The notes below the pieces were generated by a model. It had not been told where the DNA came from, did not search any database, and saw only the letters and a list, made by a program, of their open reading frames with translations. Both the position numbers and the translations under genes were made by a program. This document shows positions 1-9,607 of a DNA stretch of 64,000 bases, piece by piece. The stretch is from Candidatus Daviesbacteria bacterium RIFCSPHIGHO2_02_FULL_43_12 (GTDB taxonomy: Bacteria > Patescibacteriota > Microgenomatia > Daviesbacterales > UBA10151). The stretch covers positions 309,344 through 373,343 of the forward strand of contig MFDD01000002.1 of the NCBI GenBank assembly GCA_001776775.1. The letters are read 5' to 3'. How positions within the stretch are numbered: position 1 is the stretch's first letter; every line of letters begins with the position of its first letter.

Positions 1-336
1 TCTTTAGCCCGTTCAAAAACCTGGACTGCCCCAACCCCGGTGATCATCATGGTCCCTATTTTATCCTTAAATGAAGCTAGCGGAGAAGACTGAGCAGCTA
101 GATTATAAATCTCGTTTGGCTTAAAATCGTAGAGGGCTTGAGCAACAGATTCTGGTGATTGCAGGTCTCCATAAAAAAGTTGGATTTCATCTCTTAAGTG
201 TTTGATATTACCCAAGTCACCCGCTACATTACGCCGTATTAAACCGGCAACCTCATAGCCTTTTTCTAGTAAAAATTCTGTTAAATAAGACCCGTCCTGT
301 CCCGTAATCCCTGTAATAAAAGCTTTTTTGCTTGCC
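1..336 (-). CDS. gmd: GDP-mannose 4,6-dehydratase, N-terminal 112 aa (gene continues beyond window start)
   Basis: Reverse-complement translation from ATG at 334-336 gives MASKKAFITGITGQDGSYLTEFLLEKGYEVAGLIRR..., the canonical Gmd Rossmann N-terminus. The frame stays open to position 1. Confidence 0.8.
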
Positions 337-382
337 ATTTGATTTTCTAACTATAACTAACCTGAATCTAACCGTCAATCAC

Positions 383-1270
383 TTATGACACCTGTTGTAA
401 AAAGGATTTTATCCCTTCGGTTGTAGAATGAAGCACCCCTTCGCTCAAGGTCTCAAACTTTCGGGTATTTAAGGCACAATTTTTTGGCCGAGGGGCCTTA
501 CCTTGGTATAAGTGGTCAAGAGTTGTTTCTTGGATCAGCTCTTGCGAGACATGCATCTGTTTTGCCATCTCACAAGCAAACCCCAGGGGGGTTATCTGGT
601 TTGTAGAGGCAATATGAAATACTCCTCGTTCCTTTCTATCTATTAAAACCTGAAAGGCCCGAATAGCATCGTCCACAAAAACCGGTGAGATAATTTGATT
701 GGTTACCACTTTAATCGGTTTATCCAGACTTAAATTGCCATAAAAAAATCTGGCAAAGTCTTTTTTACCTTCGGTACCATCTTCTTTGATGAAATTCGCT
801 CGATAAGGCATTTGGATCCGAGCAATACCAAATGATGGCTCCTGGTGGACGAATTTCTCTCCTATTAGTTTCGTTTGGCCATACCAGTTAATTGGATTGG
901 GAATGTCGTCTTCGGTGTAGGGGGAGCCCTTTTTACCATCAAAAACAAAATCGGTCGAGACCTGGAGTAAATAGGCGCTATGTTCGCTAGCCGCTTTAAC
1001 CAAAGCCTCAACTAGGCCTGAATTTAACTGGTAGGACAAACCTTGTTTATCTTCTCTCTCTAACTCCGCGGTATCTACATTGGTATAGGCTACGCAGTTT
1101 AGAATAGCATCAGGAGCTTTTTCGGCAATATATGCGTTTAGATCTTCAAAATTAAGCAGATCGAGATCCTGGTGAGAAGGAGTTAAAAGATCAAAGTAGT
1201 TTGAAGAAAGCTCTACAAAGCGAGAACCTACTAACCCACTCGCCCCCAGGACCAAAACTTTTTTAGTCAT
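383..1270 (-). CDS. rfbD: dTDP-4-dehydrorhamnose reductase
   Basis: 295-aa ORF with MTKKVLVLGASGLVGSRFVEL NAD-binding start and the YxxxK-type short-chain reductase layout of the RmlD family. It sits in an rfb cluster with rfbB/rfbA. Confidence 0.8.
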   Translation of the reverse strand: MTKKVLVLGASGLVGSRFVELSSNYFDLLTPSHQDLDLLNFEDLNAYIAEKAPDAILNCVAYTNVDTAELEREDKQGLSYQLNSGLVEALVKAASEHSAYLLQVSTDFVFDGKKGSPYTEDDIPNPINWYGQTKLIGEKFVHQEPSFGIARIQMPYRANFIKEDGTEGKKDFARFFYGNLSLDKPIKVVTNQIISPVFVDDAIRAFQVLIDRKERGVFHIASTNQITPLGFACEMAKQMHVSQELIQETTLDHLYQGKAPRPKNCALNTRKFETLSEGVLHSTTEGIKSFLQQVS

Positions 1271-1892
1271 TAATATTTAATCCTAAAACTTCTCGGACCT
1301 CTGACCAATTAAATTCATTACCGCTGGGCAACTTTACTTGCGACCCGGCAAAAGGCACCCTTCCTTCGACCAGCTGAGGATTCTCGTAGTTATAGAGTTT
1401 ATCCGGCCAATTGAGTATCCAGACGCCATCTTTGCCCTCATCATCGACCACTCCTCCGACCGACAAAAACCCGTGATACATCCGAGGAGGAATCATCAGA
1501 TTATAAAAACCGGCCTCTCCCCAGCCCGTACCTATCTTAAAGAGATTTAAGTTTTTAGTTTGAGGGTCAGCCACTACCGCTATCGCTTTACCGATAAAAC
1601 TCCATCTGTCAATCTGTTCTATTCCGCCTTCAACGCCTGCGGCAGGGTGAACATGCCACATATCTTCATCCCGGGTAATTCCGGTATAGGTAAACGAGGA
1701 GTAGGTCATGGCCGGGGGGTGAGTATCATATCTCTCATCAGTCCAGTCTGCGCGGGACATCTCCACCAAATACCCTCGGGGGTCAGAGTCCCCCCTTCTG
1801 GCCCGCTTTAGAGGATGTATGACCACTCCTTCGACGAGGTCGGCAGAGTCCATATTAGAGAGGTCTATAAAATTTATATCAGCCATCTTCAA
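1263..1892 (-). CDS. cupin-fold sugar epimerase/isomerase (RmlC/FdtA-like), 209 aa
   Basis: Its position between rfbD and the rest of the rfb cluster and an H-x-H...E cupin signature (WHVHPAAGVEGGIE) support the call. It is not a textbook RmlC sequence, so the exact activity is uncertain. Confidence 0.45.
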   Translation of the reverse strand: MKMADINFIDLSNMDSADLVEGVVIHPLKRARRGDSDPRGYLVEMSRADWTDERYDTHPPAMTYSSFTYTGITRDEDMWHVHPAAGVEGGIEQIDRWSFIGKAIAVVADPQTKNLNLFKIGTGWGEAGFYNLMIPPRMYHGFLSVGGVVDDEGKDGVWILNWPDKLYNYENPQLVEGRVPFAGSQVKLPSGNEFNWSEVREVLGLNIND

Positions 1893-1896
1893 AATA

Positions 1897-3378
1897 TTAA
1901 TCGTTATACCCCAATAAAGGCAAGAGTTGGTTTTTGGAATCAGTACAGGTCGCCTCGGAAATTGTATACTCCCCCTTTGGTTTGATTACTCCAAAACGGC
2001 CAAAGTGAGTATTCACTTCCTTTTCAGAGACTTGCCACGGAATAACAATATCATAGCTTGGTACATCAGGAGTGGTATTAATTAAATGTAGATTATCTTT
2101 CCAGAATAAAAATCTAAATCCGACATTGGTGCCAAAATCAGCAATGTAGTTAATATGTACACAAGGAAAACTCCGCGAGGTAGCATCGGCTTGGATATAG
2201 TCGACTAAAGCCTGTTTTTGGGCAAAAGATGTTTCGGAATCGCTATTTCGAGTAAACGACCACAAGTTAAAACCTGTATAAATCACCAAGAAAACTATTG
2301 TCAATATTTTCAGATGCTGGTACATCCAGCTCAAAAAAAGTGAAAGTAAACACAGAAAGACTACCGCTGTATTAGTCAAATAATATTCGCTTAAATTACG
2401 TTTAGTTAGAAAATGAAAAGCAATAACCAGGATAAGCCACGCCATTAGCACAAACGAATACTTCCTAGAGAGAATTTTCTTCTTATCAATAAATATCCAG
2501 AGTATCAAAAATACCCCATAGATTGTCGGGGCCGGAATATTTTTTCCTAAAACCGGATAAATAAAATCGTAAACCAGATTTTTGGAAATAAATCCAGTGA
2601 TCTTAAAAAATCTGTCAACCCCAGCCACTTCCCCTACCTCAGTTTGCGAACCGGTCAAAACGGATTTTGTTTGTCCAAATTCGTGCTTTAACTCAAACAA
2701 CCAAAAGGGGCTGCTGATAATAAAGAATATCGCTAAACTCACCACTACCAGAGGCCAGCTCTTTTTGAGATTAAAAAGCGTCCTGTCTCCAGACAGAAGA
2801 TAAGCAATTAGTGGCAGGAATACTAGCGGCAGCAGGGCGATATGGATATGCCAGACTAATCCAACCAAAAGCCCAAAGAGTGGTAAGGCCTTTAATTTTT
2901 TATTAAGCAGAGCAAGAGATAAATATAATAACCAGACTGACCACAGAATAGATGGTACGGTTGGCACAATCCAACGGTCATACATCACAATCCCCAAGGA
3001 TACAGAGGTTAGGAGTGCTCCAATTATGGCAGTTGACTGGTTAAAAAAAGTTTTAAAGAGGCAGTAGACACTAAAAATTGTCAGTACACCAATTCCGACA
3101 CTAATCATCACGACAGATAAAGGATTAAGACTCGTAATTAGATATAGCAAAGCAACTAGATAATAAAATAGCGGACCAATAAAAAATCCGTCAATACTTG
3201 TCACTTGACCAATTAAACGCAGGTGATGGTTGACTACAATATCTTTGGCAATCCAGGAATAAAGATCCTGGTCGTGTTCAAAGACAAAGCTATTGGCAAA
3301 ATTATAGGACCTGAAAAATATACCAAGTAAAATAATCGCCAGTAGAATCCAGGTAGATTTACGGAGTAGAAACTTCAT
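1897..3378 (-). CDS. GT-C fold polytopic membrane glycosyltransferase (PMT/ArnT family-like), 493 aa
   Basis: It has more than 10 predicted TM helices in the N-terminal two-thirds, a soluble C-terminal domain, is AT-rich, and is embedded in the rfb sugar-nucleotide cluster. Confidence 0.5.
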   Translation of the reverse strand: MKFLLRKSTWILLAIILLGIFFRSYNFANSFVFEHDQDLYSWIAKDIVVNHHLRLIGQVTSIDGFFIGPLFYYLVALLYLITSLNPLSVVMISVGIGVLTIFSVYCLFKTFFNQSTAIIGALLTSVSLGIVMYDRWIVPTVPSILWSVWLLYLSLALLNKKLKALPLFGLLVGLVWHIHIALLPLVFLPLIAYLLSGDRTLFNLKKSWPLVVVSLAIFFIISSPFWLFELKHEFGQTKSVLTGSQTEVGEVAGVDRFFKITGFISKNLVYDFIYPVLGKNIPAPTIYGVFLILWIFIDKKKILSRKYSFVLMAWLILVIAFHFLTKRNLSEYYLTNTAVVFLCLLSLFLSWMYQHLKILTIVFLVIYTGFNLWSFTRNSDSETSFAQKQALVDYIQADATSRSFPCVHINYIADFGTNVGFRFLFWKDNLHLINTTPDVPSYDIVIPWQVSEKEVNTHFGRFGVIKPKGEYTISEATCTDSKNQLLPLLGYND

Positions 3379-3384
3379 AGGCAG

Positions 3385-4383
3385 TTAGAACTTAGCTTGA
3401 GCAACCCGATCAACGATTGGTCGACCTTCTTTAAGAGGTTTCCACCACCATTCGTTAGCTTTAAACCAATCTATGGTAATCTTAAGCCACTCCGAAAAAT
3501 CGTGTTCAGCTCTCCAGCCTAAACTGGCAATTTTCCCTGAATCCAGCGCGTAGCGAAAATCGTGACCTAATCTTTCGGGAACATATTCAATCATCTCGAT
3601 GCCAAGACCCATTAATTCTAAGATCTGCTTGGTGGTTTCTAGGTTGGTTTTTTCTTCACCACCGATACAGTAAGTTTCACCAAGCTGACCCTTTTGAATA
3701 ATTAGATCAATGGCCAAAGAGTGATCTTTGACATATAACCAAGACCGGCTTTGAGCGCCTTGACCCATTAGGGGAACCTTTTTACCTTCTAATAAATTAG
3801 TGATAAATCTGGGGATTAATTTTTCCGGATCATGGTAGGGACCAAAATTATTGGCACAGTTACTAATGGTCACGGGTAATCCATATGTTTCAAAAAAAGC
3901 TTGAACCAGGTGGTCTGAACCAGCTTTAGAAGCCGCATAGGGAGACCGCGGAGAAAAAGGGCTTTTTTCGGTAAAGGGCGGGTCTTCGGGGCGAAGCTCA
4001 CCATAAACTTCATCGGTGGAAACATGATGAAACCTAGAGATCTTTTTTTCTTTTGTGACATTAAGTAAATTGGCCGTACCCAAAACATTTGTCTTCACAA
4101 ACAGCAGCGGGTCAATGACAGAGCGATCAACGTGGGATTCAGCCGCAAAATGAACGATTAGGTCTATGCCCTCGGTTGCCTTATCTACATCCTCGACGCT
4201 TCCGATGTCGCCTTGGATAAATGAGTAATGTGGGTTGTTTTTAATATCCCCCAGGCTCTCCAGATGGCCGGCATAAGTCAGCTTATCAAAAACAACGACC
4301 TCATCTGTTGGATGGTTGGTTAACCAATAATGCACGAAGTTCGAACCTATAAATCCAGCTCCTCCGGTAATAAGTAGTCTCAT
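3385..4383 (-). CDS. rfbB: dTDP-glucose 4,6-dehydratase
   Basis: MRLLITGGAGFIGSNFVHYWL... plus the conserved TDEVYG and YAASKA (YxxxK) motifs of RmlB. Confidence 0.9.
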   Translation of the reverse strand: MRLLITGGAGFIGSNFVHYWLTNHPTDEVVVFDKLTYAGHLESLGDIKNNPHYSFIQGDIGSVEDVDKATEGIDLIVHFAAESHVDRSVIDPLLFVKTNVLGTANLLNVTKEKKISRFHHVSTDEVYGELRPEDPPFTEKSPFSPRSPYAASKAGSDHLVQAFFETYGLPVTISNCANNFGPYHDPEKLIPRFITNLLEGKKVPLMGQGAQSRSWLYVKDHSLAIDLIIQKGQLGETYCIGGEEKTNLETTKQILELMGLGIEMIEYVPERLGHDFRYALDSGKIASLGWRAEHDFSEWLKITIDWFKANEWWWKPLKEGRPIVDRVAQAKF

Positions 4384-5099
4384 TTAGCTTTTTTGGCCCA
4401 GTGTTGGCCAGCTTCGAGTAAAGTATCAAAGGTCCCGGCATCTCTCCAATATCCGGATAACTTACTCCAAGTTAAGCTGCCAGTTTCTATATAGCGATTA
4501 TTCACATCAGTAATCTCTAGCTCGCCCCGGTCTGATGGCTTGTTAGTTTTAATGTAGTCAAATACTTTTCTGTCATACATATAAAGTCCAGTCACTGCAA
4601 AGTTACTATCCGGATTTTTCGGTTTTTCAGTGATCTTACTTATCTTTGAAGGATCCTGCGGGTCAAAAGTTGGTACCCCAAAACGGGCGGGGTCTGGTAC
4701 CTCCTTTAAGAAGATCCGAGCTCCGTCAGTAAATTCGGCAACATCTTTGGAAATATCGGCATCAGTGGTGTTATCTCCCAGAATAACAGTAACATTATCC
4801 CCTTCGGCAAAAACCTCGGCCAGAGACAGAGCTTGAGCAATGCCCCCCTCCTTATCCTGAACAGCAAATTCCAAGTGACGGATTCCCAACTCCTTACCAG
4901 TGCGTAGCATATTCAAGAAATGCCCGACATGTGGACCGCCTACCACGATCATAATCTCGTCTATTCCGGCATTAACTAAGGTTTGGATGGGATAAAAGAT
5001 CATCGGCTTGTTATAAACCGGAAGCAAATGTTTATTGGTGACATGGGTCAGGGGATAAAGCCTGGTGCCCAGTCCCCCTGCTGTAATGACGCCTTTCAT
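4380..5099 (-). CDS. rfbA: glucose-1-phosphate thymidylyltransferase-like sugar nucleotidyltransferase (short form, 239 aa)
   Basis: MKGVITAGGLGTRLYPLT nucleotidyltransferase G-loop. It has a 4-nt overlap with rfbB, which suggests translational coupling. Confidence 0.75.
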   Translation of the reverse strand: MKGVITAGGLGTRLYPLTHVTNKHLLPVYNKPMIFYPIQTLVNAGIDEIMIVVGGPHVGHFLNMLRTGKELGIRHLEFAVQDKEGGIAQALSLAEVFAEGDNVTVILGDNTTDADISKDVAEFTDGARIFLKEVPDPARFGVPTFDPQDPSKISKITEKPKNPDSNFAVTGLYMYDRKVFDYIKTNKPSDRGELEITDVNNRYIETGSLTWSKLSGYWRDAGTFDTLLEAGQHWAKKAK

Positions 5100-5102
5100 A
5101 AT

Positions 5103-5351
5103 TTAAACTACAAGTCCCGAAAGTATACTAATTGCTAGTAACGCTATTAATATATACTCGATCATTACCTCCAGAGTCAAGGTACGATCTCGATGATGAT
5201 GAAGTAATGCCCCAATTATATATAGAATTGCCAGTAAAATAAGGGATTCTAGCTGCAGGATTGGGACTTTTCGGAAATACCACATTCCAAAAGCAAAGAT
5301 TACTCCTAGTGGGAAAAAATAATGACTAAAGCTAATATGCAATCTTTTCAT
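5103..5351 (-). CDS. small hydrophobic membrane protein, 82 aa
   Basis: ORF with two or three TM helices, tightly packed between rfbA and the CAP gene. No recognisable domain. Confidence 0.3.
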   Translation of the reverse strand: MKRLHISFSHYFFPLGVIFAFGMWYFRKVPILQLESLILLAILYIIGALLHHHRDRTLTLEVMIEYILIALLAISILSGLVV

Positions 5352-6265
5352 TATAGAATTGATCCCGGATGCATGCTTACCAAAGCGCTAGCTGCCGCTC
5401 CCAGCATCGCTAAATGAGGAAGGTGCCGGGAGGTAACTCTAAACACAGCTCGAGTGCGAATAATAATCAGGTCTAAAATCAGAAGAAAAGCCAGTAGCCC
5501 AAGTACTACTAGTCCCACAGATTTCATGGTTACAAAGGGATCTATTGTTCCAAAACCAAAGGTCGGGACACCATTCGCTATCCCTTCGGCAGGCCCGTCC
5601 GCCTCGCTTTGTGAAGCGTTGCGGGCAGGCAAGACATCGTTATCAATACTAATGGTCTTTTCGGCTGCTGGAGGAGTAGCTGGAGTTTTTGTGGCGTCAG
5701 CTAGACTCTCGACCGGAGTCCCAAATTCCTGGACTACCAGAGTAGTTTTTTGACCCTTGAGCACCCCTTCGACTACGGCTATCCCGATCTCCTGGTATTT
5801 TGCGTTCAGCAGATTATCTCGATGGGATGGAGAGGCCATCCAGGCATCGACCACTTCATCTGAGGTATAGAAGTTACGGGCCAGGTTTTCTCCGGCATAT
5901 AAAAACTTATATCCCGCTCTCTGAATAAAGCCCCAAGGATCTTTACCGGAAGGAGAATAATGGGCCCAATAGTCTTCGGCAAACATATTTTTAGCCTTTG
6001 CTTCGGCGGCTTTATCCAGCATTTCGTTTTCCCTCACCTCACTTAGCCCATGAGCTACTCTTTGAGCATTAGTTAAGCTAATCACTTCCTTCTGACCAAT
6101 GTTTGAAGTAACCCCTAGTACCCCAGGCTGCAGTTTGGCGTATTCGCCGATCCCAAAGCGTAAGCTGGTAAAGAGCAGGAGATAAATAAGAATTGCTTTC
6201 CAAGATAATAGATGGGCCTTTTGATGGGTTTTGGGATGCGGCAGAAAAAAATTACGAATACGCAT
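5351..6265 (-). CDS. CAP/SCP-domain (YkwD-like) extracellular protein with N- and C-terminal TM segments
   Basis: Central GENLARNFYTSDEVVDAWMASPSHRDNLLNAKYQEIGIAV matches the CAP-domain signature. There is a Pro/Thr/Ala linker and a C-terminal hydrophobic anchor. Confidence 0.65.
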   Translation of the reverse strand: MRIRNFFLPHPKTHQKAHLLSWKAILIYLLLFTSLRFGIGEYAKLQPGVLGVTSNIGQKEVISLTNAQRVAHGLSEVRENEMLDKAAEAKAKNMFAEDYWAHYSPSGKDPWGFIQRAGYKFLYAGENLARNFYTSDEVVDAWMASPSHRDNLLNAKYQEIGIAVVEGVLKGQKTTLVVQEFGTPVESLADATKTPATPPAAEKTISIDNDVLPARNASQSEADGPAEGIANGVPTFGFGTIDPFVTMKSVGLVVLGLLAFLLILDLIIIRTRAVFRVTSRHLPHLAMLGAAASALVSMHPGSIL

Positions 6266-6380
6266 AGTTCAAAAGTTAAAAGGTAAACTTCAAAACTGCA
6301 ATGCAAAAGTTAAAAGTTTAGCCTTTTTAGTTTTAACTTGTACTTTTGACCTTTGAGTGAGTTTTAAATCTTAACTTACT

Positions 6381-6686
6381 TTAAGTATATATCAACTCTA
6401 CTGCGCTGTCTTTGCCGTTAACCGGAATCTGCAAGGCAAAACCTAAGGCATTGGCCACCGCTGCCCCGACCCGCAGTCCTGTATACGAGCCAGGACCTAT
6501 ATTTAGCTCAATCGCCTTTAAGTCTTTAAAATCAATGGACTGCTTAGTCAGAGCCTTTAGTATTAAAGCAAGTAGTACCTGAGAGCCCCATTCATTATTA
6601 CTGGCCAGTTTGATGACTGCTCTGCCGCCCTTAATGGAGACCACCACTTGCTGTTTATCCGAGGTATCGATGGTAAGAATCATCAA
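6381..6686 (-). CDS. tsaB: tRNA t6A37 biosynthesis protein TsaB, N-terminal-domain-only form (101 aa)
   Basis: MMILTIDTSDKQQVVVSI...IGPGSYTGLRVGAAVANALGFAL matches the Kae1/TsaD-like fold of TsaB. It is much shorter than typical TsaB (about 220 aa). Confidence 0.6.
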   Translation of the reverse strand: MMILTIDTSDKQQVVVSIKGGRAVIKLASNNEWGSQVLLALILKALTKQSIDFKDLKAIELNIGPGSYTGLRVGAAVANALGFALQIPVNGKDSAVELIYT

Positions 6687-7309
6687 ACTTTGGTAACTCC
6701 TACGACCTCTTTAATAAAATAATCGACCCCATCAGATTCTATTTTTACAAACCCTCCATTGGCAATACCGCTATGGGGAATTTGTGAATAAGTTCCATAA
6801 CCTAAGTGGATTAAAAGAGACCGGATCATCCCCCCGTGACTGACTACTAAAATCGTTTTTCCTGCAAAGGCTGCCGCTATTTCACGAAGCCAAATATTGA
6901 ATCTTAAAAATAATTCCTCATCTGACTCGATGTCCGCTGTTTTGAACTTGAACTTTTGTTCATCCGACAGTTTTTCGTAATCTTTAAATGACTCGGCGAT
7001 CTCTTTATCTAGCTCCGCATAAGGCCGTCCTTCAAATTTGCCAAAGTTCCTCTCTCGTAGTAGCTTGGTTGTCTGCACGGCTAGCTGGCGCTCTAGGACA
7101 ATTATTTCGGCGGTTTTTTTAGTCCTCAGAAGATCGGATGAAAAGATTCCGTCAAAGTGAATTTCCCTTAGGGTCTCTTGCAGCTCTTTAGCTTGAGTGA
7201 TCCCCAGCTCGGTTAGAGCAGAATCTTGTTGTCCTTGCAGTAATTTTTGAACATTCCAGTCAGTTTGACCGTGACGCACGATATAGAGGGTACAATACTT
7301 TTGTTTCAT
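6683..7309 (-). CDS. histidine phosphatase (phosphoglycerate mutase family) protein
   Basis: LYIVRHGQTDWN catalytic RHG motif near the N-terminus and a distal SHGG histidine. 4-nt overlap with tsaB. Confidence 0.8.
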   Translation of the reverse strand: MKQKYCTLYIVRHGQTDWNVQKLLQGQQDSALTELGITQAKELQETLREIHFDGIFSSDLLRTKKTAEIIVLERQLAVQTTKLLRERNFGKFEGRPYAELDKEIAESFKDYEKLSDEQKFKFKTADIESDEELFLRFNIWLREIAAAFAGKTILVVSHGGMIRSLLIHLGYGTYSQIPHSGIANGGFVKIESDGVDYFIKEVVGVTKV

Positions 7310-7330
7310 CCTGAGATTATATCCTAAACA

Positions 7331-7359
7331 TTGACAATTTAAAATTTTTGCAATATACT
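7331..7359 (+). promoter_or_regulatory. sigma70-type promoter TTGACA-N17-TATACT driving the marR-efflux operon
   Basis: TTGACA at 7331-7336, an exact 17-nt spacer, TATACT at 7354-7359, about 30 nt upstream of the MarR start codon. Confidence 0.6.
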
Positions 7360-7365
7360 TAGCAT

Positions 7366-7380
7366 AGCTAACTATTAGCT
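7366..7380. promoter_or_regulatory. perfect inverted repeat AGCTAACTATTAGCT (candidate MarR operator)
   Basis: A 6-bp-arm palindrome lies between the -10 box and the marR ATG. MarR-family repressors classically autoregulate through such sites. Confidence 0.4.
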
Positions 7381-7387
7381 TTGATCA

Positions 7388-7825
7388 ATGACTACAGCTT
7401 TTAATATCGAAAACTTTATCACCAATTTATATAAACTGTCCCGCGAATTTCGCCGTCAACCTCACCTCGAAGAGGACTATCTAAACATCTCTCCTCTGCA
7501 GCTACACACCTTGGTTTTCATTAAAGAAAGTTCGCAACCATCAATGTCTCAAGTCTCCAGTTACTTGGGTGTCGCCCTACCCACAGCTACAAAACTCATC
7601 GAACGGCTAGTCGATCAAAATATACTAGAGAGGATGGCTGATCCGGGCGATAGGCGGATAACCAAGATCGCTCTGACCGAAAAAGGGCGTGAGGTGCTGC
7701 AATTATTTAAACGGAAGAAAATAGCCCAACTAAAAGTAGTCTTGGCTCTCCTCTCCGAGGAAGAACAAAAAACTCTCTACAACCTAACTCTTAAGATGCT
7801 GGCCGGTGTTGAGAAACCTAAATGA
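7388..7825 (+). CDS. MarR-family transcriptional regulator
   Basis: 145 aa with a winged-helix region (SMSQVSSYLGVALPTATKLIERLVDQNILERMADPGDRRI). It is the first gene of the efflux operon, with a 4-nt overlap to the next gene. Confidence 0.8.
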   Translation: MTTAFNIENFITNLYKLSREFRRQPHLEEDYLNISPLQLHTLVFIKESSQPSMSQVSSYLGVALPTATKLIERLVDQNILERMADPGDRRITKIALTEKGREVLQLFKRKKIAQLKVVLALLSEEEQKTLYNLTLKMLAGVEKPK

Positions 7826-8868
7826 AACATTTAAAATCTCTGAAAAGATTTATTAACAAATTTACGATCATTGGGTTAATTGTACTTTTGGTCGGAGGAT
7901 TCTTTCTATTTGGTCGCCCAAAAAAACAAGATCCATTAACCTTTGCCAGCGTCCAAAGACAAACGATTAAAAGTACCATCTCCGCCTCTGGGATACTGAC
8001 TGGAAAGGCCTCGGCGAACTTGAAATTTAAATCCGGAGGGAAGATGAGCTATCTAGCTGTAAAAGTGGGTGACAATGTTAAAGCCGGGCAGCTAATTGCT
8101 AGCCTAGATACCAGGGATTTAAGTATTGCCCTCCAGCAAGCTGAAAACGACTACCGCTCCAAACAAGCTGCAGCTCAAAAAGTCGAAGATGATGTTAAGG
8201 ACCATTCCAAAGACGAGACCTTTACCCAACAACAAACCCGAACCGCTGCCCAAGCTGCCAGAGACAGTGCATTTGACGAGGTCAAAGCTGCCCGGCTCGC
8301 ATTCCAAAACGCCACTATTTTTGCACCAGTTGACGGCCTGATTACCCAGGCAGATTTTTTCCCAGGTCAGGTGGTATCGGCGTCCGACATTATCGTCAAA
8401 GTAGTTGATTTTTCGGAAACTATCTTTGAAGCGGATGTTGACGAATCGGATATCGGCAATATTAAAGTCGGACAAAAAGCCGACATTACTCTGAATACTT
8501 ATGGAGAAAAAGTCTTTCAAGGTGAGGTCGGACAGATTATTCCTCAAACAAAAACTATCAGTAGTGGGGCCACAGTGGTGACTGTACGCATTACCATCAA
8601 AGACTCAAGTATCGCCTTGATCGCTAACCTTAACGGCCAGGCCAATATTATTACCGCCCAAGAAAGTAGCGTGCTTGTTATTCCTCAAGAAGCCTTAAAA
8701 AACGAAGACACAGCCTTGGTCAAAGACGGAGATAGTATCCGCTCAGTCCAGATTAAAGTCGGAATAAGGTCGGATACAGAAGTGGAGGTGGTCTCTGGCC
8801 TGACGGAAAATCAGACCGTAGTCACCAACCCCTCTGTCTTTAAGGGTAACCAAAAGACAGGTTTGTAA
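7822..8868 (+). CDS. HlyD/MacA-family periplasmic adaptor (membrane fusion protein)
   Basis: N-terminal TM anchor, a coiled-coil hairpin region (AENDYRSKQAAAQKVEDD...), and a beta-barrel/lipoyl-like C-terminal half. It precedes a MacB-like ATPase and permease. Confidence 0.75.
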   Translation: MKHLKSLKRFINKFTIIGLIVLLVGGFFLFGRPKKQDPLTFASVQRQTIKSTISASGILTGKASANLKFKSGGKMSYLAVKVGDNVKAGQLIASLDTRDLSIALQQAENDYRSKQAAAQKVEDDVKDHSKDETFTQQQTRTAAQAARDSAFDEVKAARLAFQNATIFAPVDGLITQADFFPGQVVSASDIIVKVVDFSETIFEADVDESDIGNIKVGQKADITLNTYGEKVFQGEVGQIIPQTKTISSGATVVTVRITIKDSSIALIANLNGQANIITAQESSVLVIPQEALKNEDTALVKDGDSIRSVQIKVGIRSDTEVEVVSGLTENQTVVTNPSVFKGNQKTGL

Positions 8869-8878
8869 AATTTAAGAC

Positions 8879-9550
8879 ATGCCACTTGTTCATCTTTCAC
8901 ATATTAATAAGGTTTATGAGCTCGATAAAACCAATATTTTCCAAGCGCTAAAAGATGTTAACCTGTCCATTGATAAAGGAGAGTTTGTGGCTATTACTGG
9001 ACCATCAGGATCGGGAAAGTCCACTTTGATGAATCTCTTAGGGTTACTCGACAAACCAAGCTCCGGCTCTTATGACCTAGACGGACACGACGTGGCCCAT
9101 CTGAAAGAAGCTACTTTGGCTGAGCTGCGTAATAAAAAGATCGGTTTCGTGTTTCAAAACTTTAACCTCCTCGCCCGTACTTCAGCCCTGGAAAATGTGG
9201 CTTTGCCGCTTATTTATGCTGGTGTCTCCCGGACAGAGCGTTTAAGAAGGGCCGAATCTGTCTTAAAAGAGCTGGGGTTGGGAGACAAACTCCAGTCCAC
9301 GCCTAGCCAGCTTTCCGGAGGACAACAACAGCGGGTAGCAATTGCCCGGGCCTTGGTGACCAATCCAGAGGTCTTACTAGCCGATGAACCAACCGGAAAC
9401 TTAGACAGCAAAACTGGTGCTGAGATGATTGAGCTATTTCACTCCTTACATAAAAAAGGAAGAACGATCATCCTGATAACCCATGATCCGGCTATCGCCA
9501 ACAATGCCAAAAGAGTCATTAAAGTTAAAGATGGAGAGATAGTGAAGTAG
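8879..9550 (+). CDS. ABC transporter ATP-binding protein (MacB/LolD type)
   Basis: Walker [10 protein letters not shown], signature [15 protein letters not shown], Walker [12 protein letters not shown]. Confidence 0.9.
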   Translation: MPLVHLSHINKVYELDKTNIFQALKDVNLSIDKGEFVAITGPSGSGKSTLMNLLGLLDKPSSGSYDLDGHDVAHLKEATLAELRNKKIGFVFQNFNLLARTSALENVALPLIYAGVSRTERLRRAESVLKELGLGDKLQSTPSQLSGGQQQRVAIARALVTNPEVLLADEPTGNLDSKTGAEMIELFHSLHKKGRTIILITHDPAIANNAKRVIKVKDGEIVK

Positions 9551-9607
9551 AGACAAGTTTCAAGTGACAAGAGTCAAGATGCTGGGAGTTTACCCAGATG
9601 CGATTCC

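Noticed and set aside
1338-1811. Plus-strand ORFs (70 and 83 aa) inside the rfbC-like gene. Many similar antisense ORFs occur elsewhere, for example 14483-14944, 16305-16817, 44024-44512 and 49517-49954.
   Set aside because: They are fully embedded antisense to long, well-supported genes. They are low-complexity and have no motifs, which is typical of shadow ORFs.
6270-6316. 13-bp direct repeat CAAAAGTTAAAAG, two copies 34 bp apart, upstream of the CAP-domain gene.
   Set aside because: It is AT-rich and low-complexity, and only two copies are present. It may be promoter UP-element-like sequence, and there is not enough evidence for a specific site.
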